DNA from: an uncultured Candidatus Saccharibacteria bacterium
Lineage (GTDB): Bacteria > Patescibacteriota > Saccharimonadia > Saccharimonadales > EFPC-124
NCBI GenBank assembly: GCA_964405095.1
Contig: CAYOML010000003.1
Coordinates: forward strand, 11,072 to 75,071
Length of the DNA: 64,000 nt
Direction: 5' to 3'
Below are positions 27,073 through 37,905 of this stretch, piece by piece. Below the pieces are notes generated by a model that was not told the origin of the DNA, ran no database searches, and saw only the letters and a program-made list of their open reading frames with translations. The first letter of the stretch is position 1, and each line of letters opens with the position of its first letter. Position numbers and translations under genes: made by a program.

Positions 27073-28677
27073 ATGGAGCGGAAAGATAAAACTCGCTACG
27101 TGTTTGTTACTGGTGGTGTAATTTCGGGACTCGGAAAAGGTATCACCGCGGCGTCACTAGGCGCCGTTTTGCATGCCAAAGGACTGGCGGTTACGATGCA
27201 AAAACTCGACGTCTACCTGAACTTTGATGCCGGAACGCTTAACCCAGCCGAACACGGCGAGTGTTTTGTGACCAAAGATGGCGCCGAAACCGACCTTGAC
27301 CTCGGCCACTACGAACGCTTCTTAGACGTCGAGATGACCCAAGCCAGTTCGACGATGAGTGGTCGTCTGTTCCAACGGCTGATCGATGACGAACGCAATG
27401 GCCGCTACCTAGGCAAAACCATCCAGATGGTGCCACATTTTACTAACGTCATACAAGAGGATATTATTGCCGCTGGCAAAGGTAGCGACATCCACATTGT
27501 AGAAATTGGCGGCACGGTGGGAGACATGGAAGGTGTGGCCTTTCTGGAAGCCATCCGCGAAATGGCCATAAAATATCCCGGGCTATGTGCCTTCGCCCAT
27601 GTTGTGTATCTGCCGTATTTAAGTACCAGCCAGGAATATAAAAGCAAGCCGGTCCAAAATGCTCTGCGCGATCTACGTAGCATTGGCATTATCCCTGACT
27701 TGGTTTTGGTGCGCTGCGATGGCAAGCCGCCAAAAAGTGCCGTAGCCAAAATTAGTTTGTTTGGTGGCGTAGCGCCCGAGGCTGTCGTTGTGCTGGCCAA
27801 CGCCCGGACCGTCTACGAGGTTCCGCTCACATTGGCCGAACATGGAGTCGGTGAATTACTGGCGCAAAAACTCAAATTGCACCGCAACAAGCCCAACATG
27901 CAAAAATGGCGGGGGATTGTTAAAGCAGCAACGACTAAATATCCGCGAACCGTCAAAATCGGCGTAGTCGCAAAATATTTGGATAACGAAGATACATATT
28001 TTTCGGTCATGGAAGCTCTGCACAGTGCGGCCTGGGCCAACAAAGTCAATTTGGAATACGACTGGGTAGATGCCGAAAAAATCGAAACCGATGGTATCGA
28101 AGCATTAAAAAAATACGATGGTCTGCTAGTACCGGGCGGTTTTGGCAATCGCGGTCTGGAGGGTATGATAAGCACAGCGCACTATGCAATCGATAACAAA
28201 GTGCCGTATCTAGGTATTTGCTTGGGCATGCAAATGGCAGTTATTGCCGCTACGCGCCGAGCTGGACTTAAAAATGCTACTAGTTCCGAAATTGACCCCA
28301 ACGCCAAGCATCCAGTCATATACATCATGAACGACCAACGCGGCAAAGAATCTACCGGTGGCACCATGCGCCTGGGTGACTATCCGGCGGTATTGAAAAA
28401 GGGAAGTCTGGCCGAAAAAGTTTATGGCAGCACCAAAATTGTAGAACGCCATCGTCACCGCTACGAAGTCAACCAAAAATACGTCAAGTATTACGCCGAT
28501 GCTGGAATTGTGCTCAGTGGTCTGTCGCCAGATGGCAAACTGGTAGAAATGTCTGAGCTGGAAGATCACCCGTATTTTATTGGTACCCAAGCCCATCCCG
28601 AATTTTTGTCGCGACCCGACAGGCCACACCCCTTGTATGACGGCCTTATCAAAGCCGCCGTTAAATCAATGTCTTAA
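27073..28677 (+). CDS. pyrG: CTP synthase
   Basis: 534 aa. YVFVTGGVISGLGKG N-terminus; GICLGMQ glutaminase Cys; HRHRYEVN. Confidence 0.96.
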   Translation: MERKDKTRYVFVTGGVISGLGKGITAASLGAVLHAKGLAVTMQKLDVYLNFDAGTLNPAEHGECFVTKDGAETDLDLGHYERFLDVEMTQASSTMSGRLFQRLIDDERNGRYLGKTIQMVPHFTNVIQEDIIAAGKGSDIHIVEIGGTVGDMEGVAFLEAIREMAIKYPGLCAFAHVVYLPYLSTSQEYKSKPVQNALRDLRSIGIIPDLVLVRCDGKPPKSAVAKISLFGGVAPEAVVVLANARTVYEVPLTLAEHGVGELLAQKLKLHRNKPNMQKWRGIVKAATTKYPRTVKIGVVAKYLDNEDTYFSVMEALHSAAWANKVNLEYDWVDAEKIETDGIEALKKYDGLLVPGGFGNRGLEGMISTAHYAIDNKVPYLGICLGMQMAVIAATRRAGLKNATSSEIDPNAKHPVIYIMNDQRGKESTGGTMRLGDYPAVLKKGSLAEKVYGSTKIVERHRHRYEVNQKYVKYYADAGIVLSGLSPDGKLVEMSELEDHPYFIGTQAHPEFLSRPDRPHPLYDGLIKAAVKSMS

Positions 28678-29642
28678 ACCCGGTGCTTTGCGGCGAGTTC
28701 GGTTGTAGATAATACCGATGTCAAATAGTCTTCTAGTAAATAGGTTGTTACGCCTTTGTTGTGGGTTTCATTGCGTATTAGATTATCAACCGACAGCAAT
28801 ATGCCAGCAACTCGCTGGTCATCGAGTTGGGCGATCGCTCTAAAACTGCGTAACGTGTCAATACCGTGCATGGTCATATAGCATTGTAGTGTTGCCCGGT
28901 CTAGCAGTGTCTCGGCCGGTTGATCACTTTGTTCGTAACTGCCAACCAGCCTTTCAAAATAGGATAGGCCTCGTGCCAGATTTATGGCCATATCTTTAGC
29001 ACTTTGGCCCACTAACTCACCAACACCATCAACCACGCTCATATGTGCTGCGCCGGTTACAACTCCAAGGTGCTGCGCTTTGGTTGAGGTACCAATAGCT
29101 AACACCTCCCTCTGTAACTCTTTGTCGCGCTCCGGCTGCGCAATATGCGCGGCTTTAGCTAATTGTGCAATCAAGCGCTTGTTGGTAGCGACCGGTTGTA
29201 GTTCCCTCACCGAGGCCTCGTATGCAGCTTTGGCTTGTTGCAGTGCCACAACTGATTCGAAGTCGTGATGAATAGCATCCATATCTATCAGCTGTATCTG
29301 TTTGCCCGAACCGCGTAGGGCATAAATAAGTTCGATTATCTCATTGTTACCAACACCGTAATTAGCGCGCAATGATTCAAGCAAATCCGGGTTTGTCTTG
29401 GGGTTTATTAATATACTGAACAGGCCGGCTTTAAAGCTTTTGTCTACCTCGCTGGCAAAGCCCGGTGATTTAATGGCTACGACATCACAAGTCTTTAAGA
29501 TTGCGGCAATGCTTGGCATACTTTTTGGATCGTGAGACGTGAATACGAAGGTAATAGTTTTGTTACCTAAACGCCGCTGTTCGGTAACATAAAAGATCTC
29601 GTTTGGTATCGGCTTGGGTGTCTTCTTAAATATATTGATCAC
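28674..29642 (-). CDS. hypothetical protein, weak TraB/GumN/Tiki-like pattern
   Basis: 322 aa. ITFVFTSHDPKS..CDVVAIKS resembles the family pattern LLGTAHVS..PDxVAVE, and LGVVTGAAHMSVV resembles the second GxGH motif. By eye only. Confidence 0.5.
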   Translation of the reverse strand: MINIFKKTPKPIPNEIFYVTEQRRLGNKTITFVFTSHDPKSMPSIAAILKTCDVVAIKSPGFASEVDKSFKAGLFSILINPKTNPDLLESLRANYGVGNNEIIELIYALRGSGKQIQLIDMDAIHHDFESVVALQQAKAAYEASVRELQPVATNKRLIAQLAKAAHIAQPERDKELQREVLAIGTSTKAQHLGVVTGAAHMSVVDGVGELVGQSAKDMAINLARGLSYFERLVGSYEQSDQPAETLLDRATLQCYMTMHGIDTLRSFRAIAQLDDQRVAGILLSVDNLIRNETHNKGVTTYLLEDYLTSVLSTTELAAKHRV

Positions 29643-29733
29643 GTTTTTTATAATGCTAATGTTTACTCTATATTCTAGAGTAAGGTGTCAATGCCGCCAA
29701 ATCCTTTAGAGTAGGGAGCTTGAGCTCAACACA

Positions 29734-31095
29734 TCAATGCCTGCCTGCAGCCGCAAGCGTAACACGGCCAAGGGGAGACCCTTGCTCTCTCGCTCTGCTA
29801 AGGTTTCTGTTGAGCGTACTTTGCCGGGCTTCAGTCAACCTTCTGTTGACCTGAACATATTCGTAGTTTCCAATGCTTCTACCATGTTTCACTAAATTGT
29901 GTGCGGCGCGAACAGAATGCTCGTCATAACTTTGCATTAACTCGTCGACCAGATGGAAGTAATCCGGCGACAAATACATTAACCGTAAGGGATCAGCCCG
30001 GTAAACTTGGACAACTTCTGCAAAAAGTTCATTGCGACCCTCGTCGCTATGTTCCTTGTGAGCATGGTCGGCATATGGCGTAATAGATATCCTATGCCGC
30101 GCTATGAGTTTTTCCCATCTTCGTAACCACTCTAGCGGGGCATTAAAGTGGGCTATATGTGCTAGCTCGTGGTCTATGACTTCCTCTAGTAATTCATAAA
30201 ATACGTCATTGTCTTCCCGCCTATACATTAGGGCATTCCTCATGGCCTCGTCATGTATATTTGGCACATATAGCTTCATCCTGCGCCCATCGTTTATTAC
30301 TGTCCCCGTTAGAGGGACGCGCTTGCCTCTTTCAGTGAAATATCCTCTTGTGCCTTCAAGCTCTACGCTCATCAAACCGCGCATCAATGTGGCCGGATAG
30401 CTATGTATAGCAGTATTAAACATCTGGGCAAATTCTCTTGGTTGTATGTGGTGTGGCTCTAAAGTCTCACTACCGTCAATTGAAACATTATAGTGGCGGG
30501 AATGGTGCAGACCAGCAATTTGTTCGTCGTAATCTCTAACCACATCATCAGCTACCTGCCAGAGAGCTTCCTCGATTTGCCAAGGAGGTGCACCTGTGGG
30601 GGAGTGGTGACGAGCCATGTTGTCAATCATCAGTATCTTTTTGAGCGGGTCGACAGGCATACGGGACGTAGCTCTTGCATATCTAGGGCCTCTCATGTAG
30701 AGATGTGAGCCGGCTGTGTGCTCTAGCCACTCGTTTATGTAACGGTCGATGTTTGGTTCTTGGGCCCGACCAACACTGCGCGTGTGGGTAGGCCTGAACT
30801 GGTCACTCGTATAGCCGAGACGCATCAGATCAGGATACATGGCATCAAGATCATCGATTGCCAACCTGCTTGTACTATCGTCAGTGTCATCTAAAAGTAC
30901 ACGATTTACGAAGACTGGCACAGCTGTCAGCCAATCTCTATAGTCGTAATCAGCCGTCGCTGGCGGTCGTACGTAATCTGCTATCAAGCTTTTCCAGTTG
31001 GTGTGGTTTAACAGGTAACTCTGTCGTCCCCGTAAGGATTCCTGGGTGATATTGCCAGTGGTTTCTCTGTATCGAGAGTGAATTACATCTGTCAT
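29734..31095 (-). CDS. hypothetical protein with HExxH zinc-metallopeptidase motif (MtfA / lethal-factor-like spacing)
   Basis: 453 aa. IDHELAHIAHF, followed ~35 aa later by NELFAEVV, which is gluzincin-like (compare HExxH..ExFAE in MtfA/LF). Confidence 0.55.
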   Translation of the reverse strand: MTDVIHSRYRETTGNITQESLRGRQSYLLNHTNWKSLIADYVRPPATADYDYRDWLTAVPVFVNRVLLDDTDDSTSRLAIDDLDAMYPDLMRLGYTSDQFRPTHTRSVGRAQEPNIDRYINEWLEHTAGSHLYMRGPRYARATSRMPVDPLKKILMIDNMARHHSPTGAPPWQIEEALWQVADDVVRDYDEQIAGLHHSRHYNVSIDGSETLEPHHIQPREFAQMFNTAIHSYPATLMRGLMSVELEGTRGYFTERGKRVPLTGTVINDGRRMKLYVPNIHDEAMRNALMYRREDNDVFYELLEEVIDHELAHIAHFNAPLEWLRRWEKLIARHRISITPYADHAHKEHSDEGRNELFAEVVQVYRADPLRLMYLSPDYFHLVDELMQSYDEHSVRAAHNLVKHGRSIGNYEYVQVNRRLTEARQSTLNRNLSRAREQGSPLGRVTLAAAGRH

Positions 31096-31182
31096 GTTTG
31101 TTTTTGTGCAATTACTAGAGCTATATTAGCATAAAACAGATATAAAAGCAAACGTAGCAGAATACAGACCTCAACAGAGGTG

Positions 31183-31191
31183 TGCTACAAT
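31183..31191 (+). promoter_or_regulatory. extended -10 (TGcTACAAT) 10 nt upstream of the argS ATG at 31202
   Basis: TGcTACAAT-aactttgatt-ATG. This leaves at most a few nt of 5' UTR. Confidence 0.4.
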
Positions 31192-31201
31192 AACTTTGAT
31201 T

Positions 31202-32878
31202 ATGCACAATATTTCCAATGCGTTTAAAATCGCTATAAAAAAGGTATTCAACCAAGACGATGTTAAGGTTGAATTAACTCGGCCCGATGAACAGTTTGGC
31301 GATTATACTACAAACATTGCTTTGCGGCTTGCCGGTAAGTTAGGCAGGAACCCGCGTGAGGTTGCCCAGAATTTGGTGGACGAAGTCCAATCGCATCTTG
31401 GTGATGAGATAGACAAGGTAATGATTGCTGGCCCTGGGTTTATAAACATTACACTAAGTGATGCGGCTCTGTCGGCCCAAGTTACTGCGGCACCAACGAC
31501 CAAACAGCAGATTTATAAAGGCAAGGTGGTGGTTGCCGAATACGGCGACCCAAACCCGTTTAAAATTCTGCACGCCGGGCATTTGTATACCGATGTGGTT
31601 GGTGATGCTGTGGCCAATCTTATGGAAGCTAGTGGTGGGAAGGTGCATCGTGTTAATTTTGGTGGTGACGTTGGGTTACATGTTGGCAAGTCGATGTGGG
31701 CGATTGTAAAAACTCTGGGTGGCGAACACTCCGAGAAGTTAAAAGACGTCCCTGAAGCCGAGCGGGCCAACTGGATGACAGAACGCTACGTTGAAGGCAG
31801 CACTGCTTACGAAGAAGACGACAACGCCAAAGAAGAGGTCATTAATCTAAACAAGCGTGTCTACAAACTGCACGACGACGCCGACCACGATTCGCCGTTT
31901 GCCAAGATTTATTGGACTTGTCGTCAGTGGAGCTACGATTATTTTACTTATTTTTACGATCGTCTAGGCAGCCATTTCGAAAAATATTACCCCGAGAGTG
32001 AAAACGCCCAACTTGGGCTGGACACCGTGCGCGAACAGCTCAAAAAAGGTGTCTACGAAGAAAGCGATGGGGCGGTAGTATTCAAGGCCGAAAAGTATGG
32101 CCTGCATACCCGTGTGTTCATAACCCGCGAAGGGTTGCCAACCTACGAGGCGAAAGATGTCGGATTAATCATGGCTAAGTGGCAAGATTTTCGGTTTGAT
32201 GTGTCATTAATCATCACCTCCAACGAACAGATGGAATATATGAAAGTAGTCGTAAAAAGTATCGAGCAGTTTATGCCCGAGCTTGCCAGCCGCACGGTGC
32301 ACTTAACGCATGGGATGGTGAAACTGGCCGGCGGCGTGAAAATGAGTTCGCGCAAGGGTAATATTTTGCGTGCCACAGATATTTTGGATGCTGCGGCTGA
32401 ATCTAACAAAAAAACCCGCGGCCAGGATGATCCTCAAACAACTCTAGCGGCCGTTAAATACGCCATGCTCAAGCAACGAATTGGCGGTGATATTGTTTAT
32501 GACCCGGCCGAATCGGTTAGCTTGGAAGGAAATAGTGGACCGTATTTGCAATACGCTCATGCCCGGGCGCGGAGTGTTTTAGCTAAATCCAAAGTCAAAC
32601 CCACTCTGCCCAACAAACTCGAAGCCGGCGAGCGCAGCTTAGCGCGCAAAATTAGCGAATACCCAGAGGTAGTCGAAAAAGCCGTCGCCGAATTAATGCC
32701 GCACCACATCTGCACCTACTTATACGAACTGGCTCAAACTTTTAACCGTTTTTACGAAAAAAACCGCGTAATCGGCGATGTGCGTGAGGCTGAGCGGTTG
32801 CGACTGGTGCAATTCTACGCCGATGTTCTAAAAGACGGCTTGAGATTGCTCAACATCACCGCGCCAGAGCGGATATAA
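31202..32878 (+). CDS. argS: arginine--tRNA ligase
   Basis: ~558 aa. HAGHLY (HIGH-type) motif, the DALR anticodon-binding C-terminus, and KMSSRKG (KMSKS-like). ATG 31202 is preferred over the TTG at 31196. Confidence 0.94.
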   Translation: MHNISNAFKIAIKKVFNQDDVKVELTRPDEQFGDYTTNIALRLAGKLGRNPREVAQNLVDEVQSHLGDEIDKVMIAGPGFINITLSDAALSAQVTAAPTTKQQIYKGKVVVAEYGDPNPFKILHAGHLYTDVVGDAVANLMEASGGKVHRVNFGGDVGLHVGKSMWAIVKTLGGEHSEKLKDVPEAERANWMTERYVEGSTAYEEDDNAKEEVINLNKRVYKLHDDADHDSPFAKIYWTCRQWSYDYFTYFYDRLGSHFEKYYPESENAQLGLDTVREQLKKGVYEESDGAVVFKAEKYGLHTRVFITREGLPTYEAKDVGLIMAKWQDFRFDVSLIITSNEQMEYMKVVVKSIEQFMPELASRTVHLTHGMVKLAGGVKMSSRKGNILRATDILDAAAESNKKTRGQDDPQTTLAAVKYAMLKQRIGGDIVYDPAESVSLEGNSGPYLQYAHARARSVLAKSKVKPTLPNKLEAGERSLARKISEYPEVVEKAVAELMPHHICTYLYELAQTFNRFYEKNRVIGDVREAERLRLVQFYADVLKDGLRLLNITAPERI

Positions 32879-32885
32879 TAACAAT

Positions 32886-33284
32886 ATGCCAAACAAACAA
32901 ACAACCGATGCCGAGTGGAAGAAATTATTAACCCCCGAGCAGTACCATGTGCTACGCGAAAAGGGAACCGAGCTGCCGTTTACTGGCAAATACGAGAACG
33001 AAAATGGCGAAGGAAAGTACGTGTGTGGTGCTTGCGGGCAGGAGTTGTTTGATTCTGGTACCAAATTTGATGCCCACTGTGGCTGGCCAAGTTTTTACGA
33101 CGCCAAAAAGGGTGCTATCGAGTTTCACAAAGACAGCACGCTTGGTATGGAACGCACCGAAGTCACTTGTGCCAATTGTGGTAGTCACTTAGGCCACATT
33201 TTTGACGATGCGCCCGATCAACCGACTGGTCAGCGTTACTGTATAAACTCGGTATCTCTCGATTTTAAATCCTCCGCTAAATAA
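32886..33284 (+). CDS. msrB: peptide-methionine (R)-S-oxide reductase
   Basis: 132 aa. Two CxxC pairs (CGACG, CANCG) and the RYCINS catalytic motif. Confidence 0.93.
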   Translation: MPNKQTTDAEWKKLLTPEQYHVLREKGTELPFTGKYENENGEGKYVCGACGQELFDSGTKFDAHCGWPSFYDAKKGAIEFHKDSTLGMERTEVTCANCGSHLGHIFDDAPDQPTGQRYCINSVSLDFKSSAK

Positions 33285-33297
33285 ATAAAGCTTACGC

Positions 33298-33326
33298 TTG
33301 ACCTCTGGTAGCCAGGCTGTCATGAT
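33298..33326 (+). promoter_or_regulatory. promoter TTGACC-17 nt-CATGAT, 6 nt upstream of the ATG at 33333 (leaderless)
   Basis: Canonical spacing. The -10 ends 6 nt before the start codon. Confidence 0.4.
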
Positions 33327-33332
33327 TGCGCC

Positions 33333-34634
33333 ATGGATTTTAAAAGAGGTCGCGGTGAACGCGATAGCGATCTGCAGGATATGATCGGCCGTTTGCGTCA
33401 CGGTGCAGGTACGGTTGAAGACTTAGAATTTGCGCTGGCAACGCTTGGCTCGGCGTCGGCGATCACAGCTATTCGTGGCATAGCTAGGGTTACTGGACGG
33501 ACGCCAGATCGTGCAGCTGCCAGGCGACGCGATGAAATTGGAGCGGCATTGCTCCACCATGCCGAATTAAAATACGACAGGGTATACGGCACAATTTCGA
33601 TGGCGCCGCGTTTGATAGCAATGGCCGACATCATGCACGGCAGGGGCTTTTTTGGCACGCTTGATTTGGCATCGGCCGACAAAACTAGAGACGGAGCTAT
33701 AGCTGGGTTCCTGGGCATGGTAACGGCGGTGTCCAAAGAGGGCATAATGGCTAGAGGCAATGATCGCACCGGCCTGCCACCACACGTCACCGAAGTTATT
33801 TTTGGCCTGCGCCAGTTTGTTGATGACCGGGAGGAGGTAAAAGATGGCAGCTACTATCCACATCGTGATCCAAGGGTTTGGGAGTGGCTTGGGCAACCTG
33901 ATGGTTTGGCTGAAAGACAAGCCAGTCTTAACCGTCAAATGTATGAACGTTCGATTCGCCAGCCAATCTATGATACGTGGTACGGCGATGTATTAGTTCG
34001 GCCGGCAAGCCTACCGGACAGATTTAACGAGGGGCTTGCAACTGATCCACCCGATTTAGACATGGTTGGTACTATGTTTGCCGCGGCTTCACAATATGTA
34101 AATTACCGGGAATCGACACGCCCAGATGGTCCGATTACCCGTATTGCTACCGATCCCCGTATATCCGACTTGCTTGAAGATTATGTGGCCGATGGTCTGC
34201 CTTTACTGGTTGACTCTCAGCCACCACTATGGCTGGCACAACTGGCGGTTGATCAACTGCGCGATGCACGGAGAAAACCCAAGCACCGCAAAACCACCCC
34301 AATCTTTACGGATAGAGGAGCACCTACCGAGGAAGACTTGGCGCGTGTTGCTATTGCGGTTGGTCATGGTGTTGAAGCTTGCCTTGGCCCTGGCGCTAGC
34401 GGCTACCGGCGTAACACTGATGAGTTTTTGTTAGCAGCCGAGTACTGGTTGCGCCGTATTGCCGCCAACAATTATCTGTTAGGTGATCGTTCTAAAGGAG
34501 CGCTAAACGACTTGAGCGACAAACGTATTCGCCGATTGTTTAGCGATGGTCTTGTTGATAAAAAGCGAGCGTCAAGTCGGTTCCAACTACCTTTATGGAT
34601 CGAAGCCGACCTGGAGCGGTTGCGTGGGCGGTAG
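33333..34634 (+). CDS. hypothetical protein (orphan)
   Basis: 433 aa, Arg/Asp-rich, with no recognisable motif. The long uninterrupted ORF has its own promoter-like signal. Confidence 0.5.
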   Translation: MDFKRGRGERDSDLQDMIGRLRHGAGTVEDLEFALATLGSASAITAIRGIARVTGRTPDRAAARRRDEIGAALLHHAELKYDRVYGTISMAPRLIAMADIMHGRGFFGTLDLASADKTRDGAIAGFLGMVTAVSKEGIMARGNDRTGLPPHVTEVIFGLRQFVDDREEVKDGSYYPHRDPRVWEWLGQPDGLAERQASLNRQMYERSIRQPIYDTWYGDVLVRPASLPDRFNEGLATDPPDLDMVGTMFAAASQYVNYRESTRPDGPITRIATDPRISDLLEDYVADGLPLLVDSQPPLWLAQLAVDQLRDARRKPKHRKTTPIFTDRGAPTEEDLARVAIAVGHGVEACLGPGASGYRRNTDEFLLAAEYWLRRIAANNYLLGDRSKGALNDLSDKRIRRLFSDGLVDKKRASSRFQLPLWIEADLERLRGR

Positions 34635-34655
34635 ACGGCAAGGTAGAGTAGTGGT

Positions 34656-35210
34656 ATGAGAGATATGAAAAAAATAACACCCACGAAATTGTTGTGGCTG
34701 GATATGGAAATGACCGGGCTAGATCCGGCCAAAGACCGCATTGTAGAAGTGGCAGTCATTATAACCGACTGGGATTTCAATGAATTAGCTACTTTTGAAG
34801 CAGTTATTAAGCAGTCGCCGCCAGTGCTAGCCAGGGCTAATGAATTTGCGCGTATCCAGCATAAGGCCTCCGGGCTCACCGAGCGCATTGCTGAGGGTAT
34901 GCCAGAAACCGACGCCGAGGCCGCTGTGTGTCAGTTAGTAAAGGCCCATTTTGGTTCTGAGCCGGCATTGCTAGCTGGTAATTCTATCCACCAAGACCGG
35001 CAGTTTATCCGCCACTGGTGGCCCAAACTCGAGAAACTACTGCACTACCGCATGCTGGATGTCAGTGCCTGGAAGGTAGTGTTACAGGGCAAATACGACA
35101 TAGTCTACGATAAGAAAGAGGCCCACCGGGCATTAAGTGATACCCGCGAAAGCATCGCCGAGCTACAGTTCTATCTGGGTAAACACGTATGGTCACGCAC
35201 AAGCAACTAG
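34656..35210 (+). CDS. orn: oligoribonuclease
   Basis: 184 aa. LLWLDMEMTGLDPAKDRIVEVAVIITD and GNSIHQDRQF, which are DEDDh exonuclease motifs. Confidence 0.88.
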   Translation: MRDMKKITPTKLLWLDMEMTGLDPAKDRIVEVAVIITDWDFNELATFEAVIKQSPPVLARANEFARIQHKASGLTERIAEGMPETDAEAAVCQLVKAHFGSEPALLAGNSIHQDRQFIRHWWPKLEKLLHYRMLDVSAWKVVLQGKYDIVYDKKEAHRALSDTRESIAELQFYLGKHVWSRTSN

Positions 35211-35509
35211 AGACTTTTATTTTGGCATTGCCTGGTGCCCGTCTGGACTATCCTTTTGGCAAAGACGTGGCAGTTTATAAGGCCGGTGAAAAGATGTTTG
35301 CCCTTATCACCGAGGGCTCGGATCCGGTGCGCATCAGCCTTAAATGTGAACCAAAATTAGCCGAATACTTGCGTGAGAAGTACGAAACGGTATTACCTGG
35401 CTACCACCTGAACAAAAAACACTGGAACACGATCATCTGCAGCGGGCAGCTGGAAGAACAGGAAATAAAAGACTTAATAATCCATGCTCACCATCTGGTG
35501 GCGACTTAG
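35189..35509 (+). CDS. MmcQ/YjbR family DNA-binding protein
   Basis: 106 aa. LDYPFG..V.K..GKMFAL....PGYHLNKKHWNTI pattern. Confidence 0.75.
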   Translation: MVTHKQLETFILALPGARLDYPFGKDVAVYKAGEKMFALITEGSDPVRISLKCEPKLAEYLREKYETVLPGYHLNKKHWNTIICSGQLEEQEIKDLIIHAHHLVAT

Positions 35510-36087
35510 GGTTGGAGTGAGGCAAGTTGTTTGTCGGCACTCTCGATTGCTGTGACCGTATTTCGAAGGGCCGTTTTAAGATCCTCATCGCCAACTTCAC
35601 CTAAGACTTTCTTGGTCTGTAACAAAGTGGATGCCAATTTGCTACGGACGATACTTATTAGTGTGCTGTCGAATTTGCCAACATGCTCGGCAGTTTTTAG
35701 ATCGTCGGTAATTGTTTTGTCGGCCTCGGCGGCGGCAATATCGGTTGGTATTGCCTTTAGGCCGTAAACACTCTCCATATAACTTGTAAGCGTCACCGAA
35801 CTGCTGATCAGCAACAGATTAGTATCGGCATTAGCCTTGCGCAGCTCACCACCTTTAATTAGATCTTTATTTTTCTCGAGTAGGGTTTGCAGAGCAGTTT
35901 GGCGGGCTACTAGTGTGGCTAAGTCGCGGGTCGGGCCGGCATTGATGCTGTTAATAATGGCGGTGGCGACAATTAAAACGACAATAAGCATCACTACCCC
36001 TAGGCCAATCATCAGGAATTTGCGGTTGAATCGCAGGCCACCAGATTTGTTATATTCAGCGGCGGCGCCGTAATATTTAGGCTCCAT
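35506..36087 (-). CDS. hypothetical membrane-anchored protein
   Basis: 193 aa with a single N-terminal TM helix (FLMIGLGVVMLIVVLIVATAII) and a helical ectodomain. Confidence 0.5.
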   Translation of the reverse strand: MEPKYYGAAAEYNKSGGLRFNRKFLMIGLGVVMLIVVLIVATAIINSINAGPTRDLATLVARQTALQTLLEKNKDLIKGGELRKANADTNLLLISSSVTLTSYMESVYGLKAIPTDIAAAEADKTITDDLKTAEHVGKFDSTLISIVRSKLASTLLQTKKVLGEVGDEDLKTALRNTVTAIESADKQLASLQP

Positions 36088-36156
36088 ACCTTAGTATTTA
36101 AGCATAAGTGGCCTGTGCGAGAAAACGAGCTTGGCGTTTTATATCTGTTAGCTCAG

Positions 36157-36165
36157 TGGTAGAAT
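36157..36165 (+). promoter_or_regulatory. extended -10 (TGgTAGAAT) 7 nt upstream of the dnaG ATG at 36173
   Basis: TGgTAGAAT-gagggca-ATG. The first in-frame ATG (36164) lies inside the -10 box. Confidence 0.45.
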
Positions 36166-36172
36166 GAGGGCA

Positions 36173-37897
36173 ATGGAAGCCAAGGAGGAAATCCGCTCGC
36201 GACTCAATATCGAGGACGTCATCGGGCAATACGTCCAGCTTAAACGTGCCGGGCGTAATTTTAAGGGCTTGTCGCCGTTCAGTCACGAAAAGACTGCCAG
36301 TTTTATGGTCAGCCCCGAAAAACACATCTGGCATGACTTTAGCAGTGGCAAAGGCGGAGATGTGTTTGGTTTTGTTATGGAGGTCGAGGGTATCGATTTT
36401 AAGGCGGCCATAGAAATGCTGGCGCGCCGCGCTGGGGTCGACTTAGGCCAGTTCCGAACGGCTGGTGATGGTGCTATCGCCAAGAAAAAAGATCGCTTGT
36501 TTGCCGCCAGCGACCTAGCTGCCAAATACTACCAACAAAGCCTGCTCACCAACAAAACAGCGCTAGAATACGTGTTTAAAAAGCGGCGACTGAACAAGCA
36601 AGTTGTGCAAGATTTTAGGATTGGCTACTCGCCAAATAGCGACCGCGCACTAATGAATGCCCTGTTAAAACGCGAATTTACTGAGCGTGAGCTACGCGAT
36701 GCCGGCCTGGTAGTCACGCGCCGTTCTGGCCCTGGTGATATGTTTCGTGGCCGCATGATGGTACCGCTCATGGACCCACAAGGCCGGGTGGTGGGCTTTA
36801 CCGCCCGTCAGATTGTAGATGACCCTAGCGGACCAAAATATATCAATACGCCGCAAACAATTCTGTATGATAAGAGCCGCCATGTGTTTGGCCTGCACCT
36901 AGCCAAAGAGGCAATCCGCCAAAGTAATTATGTAGTTGTAGTCGAGGGTCAACTAGACGTTGTCAGCAGCCACCAAGCTGGCGTAAATAACGTGGTAGCG
37001 ACTGCCGGTACGGCTTTAACCGAACATCATTTAAGAAGTCTTAGCCGTTTTACCCAAGATGTGCGTCTGTCTTTTGATGCCGACAAGGCTGGTATTGCCG
37101 CCACCGAGCGGGCGATTAGTTTGGCGAGTAACTTAGGCATAACCCTCAGCATTATTCGTTTGCCCGATGGTGCCAAAGACGCCGACGAACTCGTCCAACA
37201 GGATGTAAAACTATGGCAAAAAGCCATTGCCCAGCCGCAAGACGTCGTCGAATGGCTGTTAGGCGAATACGCCAAGCGCTATGATCTTGCTAGCGCTGAT
37301 GGCAAACGTCGTGCCACAGACCTAGCACTGGGTGTTATCCGACCGGTAGTCGACCCAGTTTTGCAGGAGCACTACATGGGTGTGATTGCCGCCCGGGTTG
37401 GTGCTTCACTCGAGGCGCTGGGTGCCAAACTAAACCTCCAACCGGCATCGGCTGCACCGGAACGCAAGGCTATGATTGCCAATCTGCCCCAGAAAGCCGA
37501 CATCGCTAATTATCAGGATCATTTGCTAGCTTTGGCGCTGGCTCATCCTCAATTTCGCGATAGTCTGCTAAAACTGGAGCCAGGTGAGTTCAGTGGCATC
37601 GAGCGGCAGGCTATAGCTGTTCACCTCAAAACCGACTCGCCCCTGTTGCAATCTGATGAGGTTCGTGTCAAGATAGGTGAGTTAGAGCTGATCGCCGAGG
37701 CAAAGTACCCGGCCGTATCAGACGAGCTGTATTTTATGGCAGCCGACATTGTCAAAAGAATCAAAAAAGAACACAAACAGCATTTGCGTGCCGAGCTTGC
37801 GCGCCAGTTTGCGACAAGCACCGACCCCGAAGAACGCACTGCGCTTAACACCCAAATCAAGCAACTCAACCAAGATATAGAAGCACTTAAGCACTAG
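36173..37897 (+). CDS. dnaG: DNA primase
   Basis: ~574 aa. Zinc-ribbon region ([32 protein letters not shown]) and TOPRIM ([17 protein letters not shown]). Confidence 0.93.
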   Translation: MEAKEEIRSRLNIEDVIGQYVQLKRAGRNFKGLSPFSHEKTASFMVSPEKHIWHDFSSGKGGDVFGFVMEVEGIDFKAAIEMLARRAGVDLGQFRTAGDGAIAKKKDRLFAASDLAAKYYQQSLLTNKTALEYVFKKRRLNKQVVQDFRIGYSPNSDRALMNALLKREFTERELRDAGLVVTRRSGPGDMFRGRMMVPLMDPQGRVVGFTARQIVDDPSGPKYINTPQTILYDKSRHVFGLHLAKEAIRQSNYVVVVEGQLDVVSSHQAGVNNVVATAGTALTEHHLRSLSRFTQDVRLSFDADKAGIAATERAISLASNLGITLSIIRLPDGAKDADELVQQDVKLWQKAIAQPQDVVEWLLGEYAKRYDLASADGKRRATDLALGVIRPVVDPVLQEHYMGVIAARVGASLEALGAKLNLQPASAAPERKAMIANLPQKADIANYQDHLLALALAHPQFRDSLLKLEPGEFSGIERQAIAVHLKTDSPLLQSDEVRVKIGELELIAEAKYPAVSDELYFMAADIVKRIKKEHKQHLRAELARQFATSTDPEERTALNTQIKQLNQDIEALKH

Positions 37898-37905
37898 GAG
37901 GCAAA

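Noticed and set aside
36149-36166. tRNA-like D-arm string ttagctcagtggtagaat upstream of dnaG
   Set aside because: There is no acceptor stem, anticodon arm or T-arm around it. The tggtagaat part is better explained as the extended -10 box of dnaG.
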